A program made the position numbers and the translations under genes. Source: Candidatus Latescibacterota bacterium (GTDB taxonomy: Bacteria > Latescibacterota > UBA2968 > GCA-2709665). Taken from it: a stretch of DNA of 64,000 nucleotides. Where the stretch lies: contig CBDCOX010000002.1 in NCBI GenBank assembly GCA_965219995.1, forward strand, positions 4,800,001-4,864,000. The letters run 5' to 3'. The notes below the pieces were generated by a model. The model searched no databases and was not told the origin of the DNA. It worked only from the letters and a program-made list of their open reading frames with translations. Positions 21,971 to 31,532 of the stretch are shown here, one piece after another; within the stretch, counting starts at the first letter, position 1, and every line of letters begins with the position of its first letter.

Positions 21971-22789
21971 TTATGATTCTTGTACCCTGTACCGTATCGC
22001 GTGGTAGTCGTAGTCGCTCGTGACGGGCACGGGTTTTCCGTCCAGGAAGGCCCATCGCCCCACGTCGCACGCGGATGCGCGGACGAACCCGTTGATGTAC
22101 GATCGCCGGGGACGGTCGGTCGTATTCGGCGACGAGCCGTGGACCGTGTAGGACGTGAACATCATCACGTCGCCCGGCAGGGCCTCGCAGGGCACCGCGG
22201 AAGAGACGTCCACCTGCGATTCGACGCTTCCCTTCGCGTAGCGTTTCACCCTCAGGTTGCCCAGCTTGTGGCTTCCCGGGATGACGTGCAGACAACCGTT
22301 CGCGACGGTCGCCGGGTCCACCACGACGATCGTCTGCACATAGTTGTTTGCCTGATCGCGAAACGCGGGCGTGGGACGTACGTCCTGGTGCCACGGAAAT
22401 TCGATTTTCCCGCCCGGCATCTTGAAGTTGATCTGATTGATGAACTGCTTCAACGTCGTTCCAATGAGGGGCGCCAGAAGCGCGGGAAACTTCGGACTGT
22501 TGCGAATCTCCTCGAAGGCGGGATGAACCAGCGCGGGCCACTGGACCTTGCGCAGATATCGTACCGCGTCCGGCCCGGTCATCGGACCGGGTGTCTGCAG
22601 GTGAATATGCACGTCGCGCCGCCTGCCATTCAGGATTTCGTCCGGAAGGTCCCTCCTGGACGCCAGTTCGAGGATATATTCGTAGCCCTCGCGCAGTCGT
22701 GCGATCTCATCCCGCCCGAATACGCCCCGCGCCACGTGATAACCCTGTTCCCGGAAGGCTTCGATGTCTTTCCTGTTGAGCGTCGTCAT
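21971..22789 (-). CDS. Phytanoyl-CoA dioxygenase (PhyH) family Fe/2OG dioxygenase
   Basis: FREQGY, FPWHQD, NGCLHVIPGSH, PGDV....VHGSSPN...RPRR. Confidence 0.92.
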   Translation of the reverse strand: MTTLNRKDIEAFREQGYHVARGVFGRDEIARLREGYEYILELASRRDLPDEILNGRRRDVHIHLQTPGPMTGPDAVRYLRKVQWPALVHPAFEEIRNSPKFPALLAPLIGTTLKQFINQINFKMPGGKIEFPWHQDVRPTPAFRDQANNYVQTIVVVDPATVANGCLHVIPGSHKLGNLRVKRYAKGSVESQVDVSSAVPCEALPGDVMMFTSYTVHGSSPNTTDRPRRSYINGFVRASACDVGRWAFLDGKPVPVTSDYDYHAIRYRVQES

Positions 22790-23101
22790 CGACCAATGTC
22801 CCGAGTCTTAACCTTGATTCGTCATTATTCGGGGACGTTAATTCGAATATGTGCAAGTGAATAAAGGCGATTTAACTGCTGATTTCTATGATGCTTCCGG
22901 TCACTGGACGTGAAAGGAAAAAATGTCCTTCCGGACGACCTTTTCGGTCCGGTGAGGAAAGAACTGCAGGGTCACCGCCTTATGACACACGCCGCTTTGC
23001 ACGGATGCTTTTTGTGTCTTTTGTGCTTTTTGTGGCCATTTTTCGGTGTTCTTTTTTCACATTGAGGTTAAATGCAGAATGTGTTCGCCAGCTTCAATAA
23101 G

Positions 23102-23911
23102 CTATTCCAGTTCCGGCAGGTCAGCCTGGTCGATGAGAACCCTGATCGAGCGTGGACGACGCGCTACCCGTGAGATGAAGCCCTGCTCTTCCAATCGCTT
23201 AAGCATGCTGTTTACGGTTGGAGGCGTAACGCCGAAATAACGCTGTATATCGGCATGGGCGGGCGGAATACCGTTCACCTTGGTGTAGTAATGGATAAAC
23301 GCCAGGTATTGTCCCTGCTTGTAGGTATAGGAATCTGCTACCACGGAATCGTAGAACGCGTCCATGTCGAATTCGGACAGGTACCCGTTGACAAGATCGA
23401 TCGGGAAGTACTCGGGGTCGAAATCGCCGCCATTCCAGTCGATGGTCGCGGAGTGCTCCGGGTGATCGCCGTCCGCCAGGGCCTTGAGGAATTCCGCATA
23501 TCCAGGGCTCCCGCCGACATTCTCGGGCGGACACGATCGCTCACCCGCGAGACACCTGGGTTTGAACTCGTCCGTGTCGGCTTCTTCGATCGCCTCTACC
23601 CTTACCAGGTGTACCCAACTGTCTCCGAGATCGTATTCATAGTGAAACTCGACGCCGACAAACGGGGCGGCCTGCTCGAGCGTGAACAGTTCTTCATCCT
23701 GCAGGTCTTCGCTAAACTCGTCGAACCCCAGGTCGTCCATTCCGTAGGAGGAGTCGCCGATGCGAAACTCATGCGCATGGGAGTTCGTCCACCCCATCAC
23801 GATTTGAAACAACACGTGGAGGTCGCCCAGCGAACTCTCCCCGTCAACGAGGACGCGTCTCCAGATCGGCGGCTCGATGTTCAGCATGGTAATCTTGAGT
23901 TGGTAGATCAT
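23102..23911 (-). CDS. pRiA4b ORF3-family protein fused to a C-terminal LexA-like winged HTH
   Basis: IYQLKITM..IEPPIWRR, MGWTNSHAHEF, YEYDLGDSW.H, GERSCPPENVGG.PGY; tail KQGQYLAFI..Y......PPA.ADIQRYFGVTPPTV..ML..LE..GFISR...RSI; SD ggagga. Confidence 0.85.
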   Translation of the reverse strand: MIYQLKITMLNIEPPIWRRVLVDGESSLGDLHVLFQIVMGWTNSHAHEFRIGDSSYGMDDLGFDEFSEDLQDEELFTLEQAAPFVGVEFHYEYDLGDSWVHLVRVEAIEEADTDEFKPRCLAGERSCPPENVGGSPGYAEFLKALADGDHPEHSATIDWNGGDFDPEYFPIDLVNGYLSEFDMDAFYDSVVADSYTYKQGQYLAFIHYYTKVNGIPPAHADIQRYFGVTPPTVNSMLKRLEEQGFISRVARRPRSIRVLIDQADLPELE

Positions 23912-23939
23912 GCAGACTCCTCCCGCTTCTTTCTCAGTT

Positions 23940-25691
23940 TTATTCCTTCGCGCCATACCGCCTTAGCAGTGCGCCGACGTCCGCTTCCTTCGTTTCGAGA
24001 CGGGCGTATTCCTTGTACCCCTGCGGTTTCTTGCTCCAGGCCAGAGGCGTCGCCCATGGCGCCCCGGCCAGATTCGGATCGGCGCCCGCTTCCAGCATGA
24101 ACCTGGCGAGTTCGGGCCACTCGAAACGTACCGCCATAGCGAGCGGCGACGATTGTCTCTCTCCGCCAAGTACGTTCAAATCAGCCCCACTGTCGATCAG
24201 CTTCTCCGCGAACGTGATTCGATCCTGCTCACCCACGTGCCAGGTAATCTCCGCGGTCCAGTGTAGCGGCGTGAGGCCGCCCTTCTTCTCGCGGGCGTTC
24301 GGGTCGAATCCGCGATCCAGGAGAAGCTCGAAGCAGGAGTAGAAGTGTTCGGCACGGGCATTTCCCGGATTGCCCGGGCACCGCAGCCGCCACATCCGCA
24401 TGGCCAGACACAACACGTCGTGCATTTCGCTCTCCGAAAAACCCGGATTCCGTGAAAGACAGACTGCCACCAGGTCCGGATGCCCGCCATGGACGGCTCC
24501 CTTCAGGACCTCCTTTGCACACGATGGATCGGAACTTACGAGCGCGGCATCGACGGAGACATTGTCGCTGTTCGCGGCGTAGAATCCTGGAGAGGCCCCG
24601 TCGTCGAACCCGGGGAATGCCCCATGTCGCAACAGCAGTTTCTCCATCGCGTCGTTCCCGTTCGCGATCGCCCAGTTCAAGGCGTTGCCGGACGCATCCA
24701 TCACGGTATGCGCCGATGCCCCGTGCTCCAGGAGCAGCACTGCCATCTCCAGATCGTCATTGAGAGCCGCGGCGTGCAGCGGCGCGCCTCGTTCGGCCAC
24801 GGGGTAGCCTTCGTACTTGTCATACGGCGTATCCGGGTCCGCACCCCGTTCCAGGAGGAGGCGCACCACCTCGAGGTGTCCCTTGTCGGCGGCAATCGAG
24901 ATCGGATACGCGTCCATCCCGGGATAGTTCCGGGCACAGTCGTTCACGGCTTCGGGATCGGCATCCAGAATTCTCCGAGCCCCGTCGACGTCGCCGATGG
25001 CGCAGGCAACCCACAGGTCGTATTCGGCGCCGCGTCCCAGCAGAATTCCGCCGATTACCGGCCACAGGGGGCTTGGCGGCGGGTCCCACCCGCGTTTGGG
25101 CCGCGGCCCGAGCGCAAGGTGGACGGGCTTCTTCCCGCGTGCGTTCGACCGATTCGGGTCGGCGCCTCGATCCAGCAACTCCACAACGCCGTCGACGTGG
25201 TGGTTCTCCACGGCTACGTGCAGCGCCGAATCGCCACTCCCGTTCACCGAGAGAACCCCCGGCGGGTCCGCATCGAGCAGTTCCCTCATGGCGTCGATAT
25301 CCCGCCTCCCGGCGGCCTGGCAAAGCAGGATTCCCGACTCCGTCTCTCCCGAGTGCCCGGACCGCCACGCTTCCATCGCATCGGCAACTTCGGCATGCCC
25401 GTGGTGCCGGGCCATGTCGATCGCGGACACGCGCTCCCGGTACGTTATCCGGGTCGGGCTGGCGCCGGCCTCCAGGAGCAGCCTGACCACCTCCCGGCGT
25501 CCCTCGCGCGCCGCGAGGTGGATGGCCTGATAGCCCTGTGGACCGTCCCGACGCGCAAGCTCGGGTTTCTTCACCAGGATGGACCGGACGCGGTCCACGT
25601 CGCCTTCGCGCGCCGCCTTACAGATTTCCGCGACGCCGGCGGATTCATTGTCCCGGGCCGGCCCATTCCTCCGTAGCGTTCTCTTTGCCAT
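23940..25691 (-). CDS. Ankyrin-repeat protein
   Basis: Many ALH.A...G...VV.LLL..GADPN units. Confidence 0.93.
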   Translation of the reverse strand: MAKRTLRRNGPARDNESAGVAEICKAAREGDVDRVRSILVKKPELARRDGPQGYQAIHLAAREGRREVVRLLLEAGASPTRITYRERVSAIDMARHHGHAEVADAMEAWRSGHSGETESGILLCQAAGRRDIDAMRELLDADPPGVLSVNGSGDSALHVAVENHHVDGVVELLDRGADPNRSNARGKKPVHLALGPRPKRGWDPPPSPLWPVIGGILLGRGAEYDLWVACAIGDVDGARRILDADPEAVNDCARNYPGMDAYPISIAADKGHLEVVRLLLERGADPDTPYDKYEGYPVAERGAPLHAAALNDDLEMAVLLLEHGASAHTVMDASGNALNWAIANGNDAMEKLLLRHGAFPGFDDGASPGFYAANSDNVSVDAALVSSDPSCAKEVLKGAVHGGHPDLVAVCLSRNPGFSESEMHDVLCLAMRMWRLRCPGNPGNARAEHFYSCFELLLDRGFDPNAREKKGGLTPLHWTAEITWHVGEQDRITFAEKLIDSGADLNVLGGERQSSPLAMAVRFEWPELARFMLEAGADPNLAGAPWATPLAWSKKPQGYKEYARLETKEADVGALLRRYGAKE

Positions 25692-25756
25692 ATCGGGTAA
25701 TCCCTTGTGGAACCGCCATCGTCGTTAACATGGGGGTCCGGTTTGCCAGGCGCCCT

Positions 25757-28078
25757 TCAGTGCCCGCTCAGATCGGACGTCTCCACGAGTTTCCACGTCT
25801 CTCCGGCGTCTGCCGACATCATCAGCGCCCGGCGGCTTCCGCGGTGGTCGTTCCTGTAGAACCAGTAGGTGGAAAAGTAGTCGTACGAAAGGAAGAGCCT
25901 TCCCGCACGGTCGATGGTGAGTCGGTGGTAGAAGACGCTGTATTCCGAAAACGGAGGTACGACCAGCACCCGGGGTTCCTTCCAGGCCTTGTCCGCGGGA
26001 CGACGCTGATGCGCGAGGGTCGCATAATTGCCGGCCGGGAAGTAGCTCGTGCCGTTCCACCAGAGCCTGAAGGCCGAATGCAGCGTGTCATCCGGATCGC
26101 AGACGAAGCCGATGTAGGTCTGGCGCGCATCCGGCCAGGCGTCATCGGGAACGGTCCAGCCGGCGTGCGCGGTGTTCGGAGCCAGCGACCGGGCATACGG
26201 GAAGGGGCATCCGTGGGTTCCTGAAAGGGCGTGCAGATAGCCCTGGCTGTCCATCGTGATGCTGGGCGAATTGTGGATGTCGTTCGCGGGCGGACCGTAG
26301 CCCACCAGCGCGGGCTCGCCCATTTCCCGGGTCTCCCGATCGATGGTGGCGACGTACGTGGGGACGCCCGGAACGTCCTCGTCCGGATCGGTGGCTTCGG
26401 CCCAGATGACGTGCACTTTTCCATCTTTCGAAACCACGGAAGCCGGGATCCCGGAATGCTGGGAGAGCCCGATGCAAAGATCTGACACCAGAATCGGTTG
26501 GCCCATGGACAGCCCTCCGGACGTCGTTTCCGGCAGAAAGAGTTCCAGGTCGTTGACTTTACGCCAGAAAAGGCGTACATCTTCACCGGTACGGGCATAG
26601 CGGAGGATGGGCGGCGGACCGTCACAGGCGTTGTGGCCGGTAAACCACTCGATATCGAACGTGAGCGGATGGTCGTCCTTGCCCGCAATCGGACAGGCCG
26701 AAAAGGTGAGGCCCCGATCCTCTGAATACAGCAAGTTGGGTTGGCCGTTGACATTGGCTACAAGATATAGTAGATTCTCGGAGTCAAAGGCGATCTTCGT
26801 GGACGCGGCGCCAAAAACCGCGTTTTCCGCGCTCTGCACGGAATTCCTGAAATCCGACGTTGTCCAGACGCCGTCGCGCAACGCGGCAAGTCCGGTTTCG
26901 GTCCGGACGAAGGGCCGGTTGTCCACGTCGAAATAGATCTGGTTCTCCACGGGCAGATCGGGCGCATAACCGAATTGCGCGTTCTCATGTTCGTAAGGTC
27001 TGAAAACCAGTGGCAGTTGGATGGGACGTCGGACGGGTGACGTCCCGGCCCTCAACGTCATCGTCGAATACGTGGAAACGTCGGGGAATTCCTCCGAAGT
27101 CGCCCGAAGCCGGCACTGGAGGACGTCAGTCGAAAGGGGCATGCTGTAGCGGGCGGCGACGCCGGCGCTTTCCATGGGGCCGAGGTCCACGGTGTCCTCG
27201 GACAGCCGGACGGGAAGGGTGTCGGCCCCGTCGCATTCGGCATCCAGTCTCACCGTCTGCGGGCGGTTCGAACTGTTCCGGATCGTAAAGTCGATCGAGC
27301 CGGACTCCCCGGGGCGGACATACAGGTTCCTGTTGTATGGCGTCAGAAGCCAGCGGCAGGGGTGGAGGGGAAAGAAAGATTCCCGGTGCGGGGTCCAGTA
27401 GGACATGTTCGCGTGCGGGTCGTCGTCGGCCCAGCGCGTGACCCCGCCGACGTGGATCACGGCCTGTTGTGCGGGCAGGTGGAGGCGCCAGGGGGCCGAC
27501 CGATGGGTTTCCGCGGCAAATGTTCCGGTGGCGCGCCCGTTATGAACGGCCAGGGTACCTGCGAGGTTATCGGCCGCGTCGAACACGGACACCGCCTCCA
27601 CCGTGTCCGGCAGGTCCTCGATTTCAACGGCAAACTCGCCGGCGGGCGGCAGAAAACAGACGCTGCCGGGATACTCCGGCGCGAGCAGGACGATGGGTTC
27701 CTGGTGCGCTGCGTCCTTGTGTCCGCGCGACGTCTCGATGAGGTAACGCCTGCAGTTGGTTCGAAACGCCCAGACGATCTCCTCGCCGTACCTGTCATTG
27801 GAGATGGTGACGTTGAGCTTGTAGATCCCTTTGTGGTTGACAGGCGTCGACAACCGTGTATGTTGAAGTGGACCCGCGCTGTCGCCCGGCCCGGTATCCG
27901 GCAGGGTTACGTCCCGCAGGACCTTCCGGTCGGGTGAAACCAGAATCGCGCGCAGGTCCGTACGCCGGTTGTGGACGTTCCGGTCGCGTTTCTGGAGGTC
28001 AATGGCAAGTTCACCCGGCTCGGCGAGAAAGTACGCGCCTCCCGCGCCGCCGATACCCCATCGAGTCCTCGAGTCCAT
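25757..28078 (-). CDS. BNR/Asp-box repeat (BNR-4-like) protein
   Basis: YSEDRGLTF and MSADAGETW Asp boxes; NDIHNSPSITMDSQGYLH.LSGTH; YSVFYHRLTID. Confidence 0.78.
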   Translation of the reverse strand: MDSRTRWGIGGAGGAYFLAEPGELAIDLQKRDRNVHNRRTDLRAILVSPDRKVLRDVTLPDTGPGDSAGPLQHTRLSTPVNHKGIYKLNVTISNDRYGEEIVWAFRTNCRRYLIETSRGHKDAAHQEPIVLLAPEYPGSVCFLPPAGEFAVEIEDLPDTVEAVSVFDAADNLAGTLAVHNGRATGTFAAETHRSAPWRLHLPAQQAVIHVGGVTRWADDDPHANMSYWTPHRESFFPLHPCRWLLTPYNRNLYVRPGESGSIDFTIRNSSNRPQTVRLDAECDGADTLPVRLSEDTVDLGPMESAGVAARYSMPLSTDVLQCRLRATSEEFPDVSTYSTMTLRAGTSPVRRPIQLPLVFRPYEHENAQFGYAPDLPVENQIYFDVDNRPFVRTETGLAALRDGVWTTSDFRNSVQSAENAVFGAASTKIAFDSENLLYLVANVNGQPNLLYSEDRGLTFSACPIAGKDDHPLTFDIEWFTGHNACDGPPPILRYARTGEDVRLFWRKVNDLELFLPETTSGGLSMGQPILVSDLCIGLSQHSGIPASVVSKDGKVHVIWAEATDPDEDVPGVPTYVATIDRETREMGEPALVGYGPPANDIHNSPSITMDSQGYLHALSGTHGCPFPYARSLAPNTAHAGWTVPDDAWPDARQTYIGFVCDPDDTLHSAFRLWWNGTSYFPAGNYATLAHQRRPADKAWKEPRVLVVPPFSEYSVFYHRLTIDRAGRLFLSYDYFSTYWFYRNDHRGSRRALMMSADAGETWKLVETSDLSGH

Positions 28079-28443
28079 GGCCTTCGTCTCCGGATAATCA
28101 TCGATGCCAGGTATTGGTACAGGTATGGTGTTGGAAGTATAAGGTCGAGGGCCGTCAATTAAAACGAAAATCAGCCGGGGGCAGGTTCCGCGGATCTGCT
28201 CTTCGTCGGCCGGCGCCTGGAATGCTTCGCCCCGTCCGTTTTCAGACTCAACGTCGGATTTTTGGAACGAAGAAGCGAGTTGCGAAGTCGAAATGCGTTG
28301 AAGGAACCACGCCTCGTCGTCGGTTCGTCTCCACGGGTCACAGATTCACAACCTTCACGTAACCGATCCGTAACACGATAGATATACGTTGTGATTCAAA
28401 TCGCTTTTACCGTTGAAAGAGGAAATACCTTGAGGGGGGAGAG

Positions 28444-29214
28444 ATGAAGTTCGTGCTGCATCGGTTCGACGGATCCATCCTGTCGACTCTGGCCGCCCAG
28501 CGGGACAAGCGCAAGCGATTTCAGCTGCTTCTGGCGGACCGGAGAACCGGGATCCAGGTGGAAAAGCGGGAAAAGGAACCGGAGGCGGATCTGAAGCGAC
28601 GATATCGGCAGGTTCTGGGCTTTTCCTTTGTGATATCCGCGGCGATTCATGCCGGAATTGCCGTTCTGTTTCCCACCCTGGACATTCAGGCCACAACTGC
28701 CAAACCGGAACAGATCCTGATTCATGTCGAGGACCTTCCGGAGACCCGGCAACTCACGCGTCCGCCGCCGCCGCCCCGTCCGGCTATCCCGATTGAGACG
28801 GAAAGCGAAGACGTACCGGACGACGTGACGATCGAGACGACCGATCTCGAATTGGAAGACGTTCCGGTGGATCTGCCGCCGCCCCCACCTGCAGGCAGCG
28901 AGGAAGTTCCCTTCGAAGAGGAGGAGATTCTGGAGGTGTGGAAGGTGGAGCAGAAGCCGAGGCTGATCAGGCGGGCGATTCCTGCATATCCGGAGTTTGC
29001 GCTGCGTGCCGGCCTGCAGGGATCGGTGATGTTGAAAGTGCTTCTGGGCAAAGACGGCAGGGCGGAGTCGATCCAGGTCTTGAAAGGCGAGCAGATCTTC
29101 CGGAAATCGGCCGAAGACGCGGTGCGCAAGTTCCTGTTCGAGCCCGCCCGACAAAGCGACCGGCCGGTCAAAGTCTGGCTCGTGATTCCGATACACTTCA
29201 AGCTTGAGGAATGA
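28444..29214 (+). CDS. Energy transducer TonB
   Basis: TM segment S..IH, Pro-rich linker, C-terminal P.YPE.A...G.QG.V....L.G.DG....F.PA......V.V...IPI.F.L. Confidence 0.9.
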   Translation: MKFVLHRFDGSILSTLAAQRDKRKRFQLLLADRRTGIQVEKREKEPEADLKRRYRQVLGFSFVISAAIHAGIAVLFPTLDIQATTAKPEQILIHVEDLPETRQLTRPPPPPRPAIPIETESEDVPDDVTIETTDLELEDVPVDLPPPPPAGSEEVPFEEEEILEVWKVEQKPRLIRRAIPAYPEFALRAGLQGSVMLKVLLGKDGRAESIQVLKGEQIFRKSAEDAVRKFLFEPARQSDRPVKVWLVIPIHFKLEE

Positions 29215-29281
29215 GAGCGGCGCACGGACCGATCCGAACATACGACGGGCTCCGGAAAAAGCCGGAGCCCGTCGTGTGTAC
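29203..29281 (+). repeat. Direct repeat copy 1 (tonB 3' end plus terminator hairpin)
   Basis: ctt.aggaatgagagcggcgc-N22-cgggctccggaaaaa(g)ccggagcccgt.gt.tgtac; copy 2 at 31040-31117. Confidence 0.8.
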
Positions 29282-29500
29282 GAGGGTAGAGGTAAGACGT
29301 TAGAGAAAAGCGGTGAGACGTGAGTCGTGAGTCGGTAGATGAAGACATTTGCAGCAGTGTTTCCGCATAGACCGTGCCTGTTTATTTGCCGCTATCGTAA
29401 CGACAAGAAACACCATAAGGCACTGATATCATCTCCCGTCTCCCGTCTAACGTCTACCCGTTCTTCATGCATTCACATCATCTCCCGTCTCACGTCTAAC
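29282..29500. repeat. MITE-like element with inverted heptamer-repeat arms
   Basis: Left arm gtagag/gtaagac/gttagag/gtgagac units; right arm tctcccg/tctaacg/tctcacg units. Confidence 0.65.
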
Positions 29501-29835
29501 GGCTTCTTCAGGTGTGATATCCATAATTAAACTCAATTGTCCGGTATTTTATGTTCTGATTGTTGACGTTCTTGCCCCGCTACCACACAGCAGGGGCAGG
29601 CAAACAGAATCATGCTCCCCGAAATAAGGGCGAAACAGGGCACGACGGAGTGATTTTCTATCATTGCAATATGGCGGAAAATCCGTTACATTCAGGTATT
29701 GAGTGCGGCGTCCCGAGAATGACTTCACCTTGCCAGCCTCTCTATATATAACCCGTCATATAACCCTTCTTTCCAGCAGGGACATCCGACAGCTTCATCC
29801 GAGATTCCTCAAGTTCACGATTGCAAACGTAACCC

Positions 29836-30972
29836 ATGGAGTCAGCCTTGTTTACCAGGATTCGCAGTCTGTTCGTTTTCTCGCTCGTCGCTGCCGTGAG
29901 TTGGGGTTGCGCTGCGGACGGTCTGCCCGAAAAGATCGAGATCGGCGTCGCACTTCCGCTGACCGGCCCGCAGATTTTATACGGCGCGCCGGCGTGGGAA
30001 GGTTTCCAGTTCGCCCTTGAAGAAATCAACGGTTCATCGATACTCGGGGGCTCGAGCATCGAGTTCATCCGGGAGGATTCCCGGGGCACGGTTGACGCCG
30101 CCACGAAAGCGTTCAATAAACTCATCAAAGAGGACGGTGTGTCCGTCATCCTGGGGCCCGGTATTTCCACCGTGGCGAAGGAGGTGTTTCCGATCGCTCA
30201 ACAGAGCGAGGTTCTGGCTTTAAGTTCGACGTCGACCGCCGTCGGACTGAGCGCGATCGGCGACTATATCTTCCGCACGGGCCTCAACGTTGGCACGCTC
30301 GCTCCAGGCGCCGTCAAGGGCACGAAGGAGAAACTGGGGTATCGACGAGTGGCGATTATGGTCGATTCGACCGACGTGTATTCCCTCAGCCTGGACGAGG
30401 AATTGCGCAACGCCCTGGCCGAGAACGAGGTCCGGATTCTGACAAGGGAGACTTTTGCAACGGGCGACACCTCGTTTGCCGACCAGCTGAGCAGAATAAT
30501 GGCTTTGAAGCCGCAAGCCGTGTTTGTCTCGTGTCTGGCGGCGGAGATGATTCAAGTTCTGGTCAACGCCCGTGACGTTGGCATCGCTTCTATGGTTCCT
30601 ATGATCATACCTGAACTGTCCCTGGCCGAAGTCAGGAAAGCGGGCGACGCCGCCGAAGGCGCGATTTCCGTCTTGAGTTGGGCAGGCAACGCTTCCACAC
30701 CCGGGAACAAGGCCTTCGTTGAAAATTATATCGGCAGGTACGGCTATGAACCGCACCCGTGGGGCGCGATTTCTTACGTCTCGCTGATTGTACTCGCCAA
30801 GGCAATCGCGGAAACCGGATCGATGGACGCGAGTGCGATCAAACGCGCGATGATCAATACCCGGGAGGTCGATACGATTCTGGGGCGATTCTCGTTCAAT
30901 CCCGATGGCGACGCGGTTTACACTCCCATTGTACTGAAGGTGCGGAACGGTGCCTTTGAAGTCTTCAAGTAA
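29836..30972 (+). CDS. Branched-chain amino-acid-type ABC transporter substrate-binding protein (LivK-like), standalone
   Basis: Lipoprotein-like signal, IEIGVALPLTG, EEIN, EDSRG, V..ILGP, GDYIFR, GDTSF..QL..I, ILGRFSFNPDGD. Confidence 0.9.
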   Translation: MESALFTRIRSLFVFSLVAAVSWGCAADGLPEKIEIGVALPLTGPQILYGAPAWEGFQFALEEINGSSILGGSSIEFIREDSRGTVDAATKAFNKLIKEDGVSVILGPGISTVAKEVFPIAQQSEVLALSSTSTAVGLSAIGDYIFRTGLNVGTLAPGAVKGTKEKLGYRRVAIMVDSTDVYSLSLDEELRNALAENEVRILTRETFATGDTSFADQLSRIMALKPQAVFVSCLAAEMIQVLVNARDVGIASMVPMIIPELSLAEVRKAGDAAEGAISVLSWAGNASTPGNKAFVENYIGRYGYEPHPWGAISYVSLIVLAKAIAETGSMDASAIKRAMINTREVDTILGRFSFNPDGDAVYTPIVLKVRNGAFEVFK

Positions 30973-31039
30973 GCCAACCTACGGCTCCTGCTGAGATCGT
31001 GTAACGGGTACGACCCCACTGTCGCCAGGCATTGCCCAT

Positions 31040-31117
31040 CTTCAGGAATGAGAGCGGCGCGTCAGCAGATTATCGAGCGCAGCGGGCTCCGGAAAAACCG
31101 GAGCCCGTTGTTTGTAC
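31040..31117 (+). repeat. Direct repeat copy 2 (includes terminator-like hairpin 31083-31107)
   Basis: Matches 29203-29281 with identical 22-nt spacer length. Confidence 0.8.
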
Positions 31118-31439
31118 TGATCATATTATCAAATGCACTGCGATAAATTCGCCCCCAACCTTTAAATTCCCCTATTCCCTTGCCCTTTTTCTTGCTTCGC
31201 CCCAAGAAAAAGGGCGAAAAAGAAGGGCGCCGCTCAAACGCCGCGGGGCTGCTTTTCCGCGAACCGCCTCCGTCGAATAAACGTGATCCGTTGCCCTGTG
31301 ACCTATGCAGGCATTTCCGGACTCTCGTGCTGAACGGACTCGCGCGGAAAAGCCCCCGCACCACCACCGTCCGCTTGTCAGGTTGTAGCGAAGATCGACA
31401 CACAGTATTGGCTGCGCGTTTGAGCGAGGTTTCCGTTGG

Positions 31440-31470
31440 TGCAGGGGCAGGTTTCAAACCTGCCTCTGCA
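31440..31470. repeat. REP-like palindrome
   Basis: tgcaggggcaggtttcaaacctgcctctgca. Confidence 0.6.
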
Positions 31471-31532
31471 TTTGTCAGACGTTCAAGAATTGATTTCGCC
31501 AGTCCGTATCGCTTACCGGTTCTGGCTGATCG

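Noticed and set aside
29282-29500. Periodic short repeats considered as a CRISPR array
   Set aside because: Units are 7 nt, degenerate and lack unique 30-40 nt spacers; no cas genes in the window.
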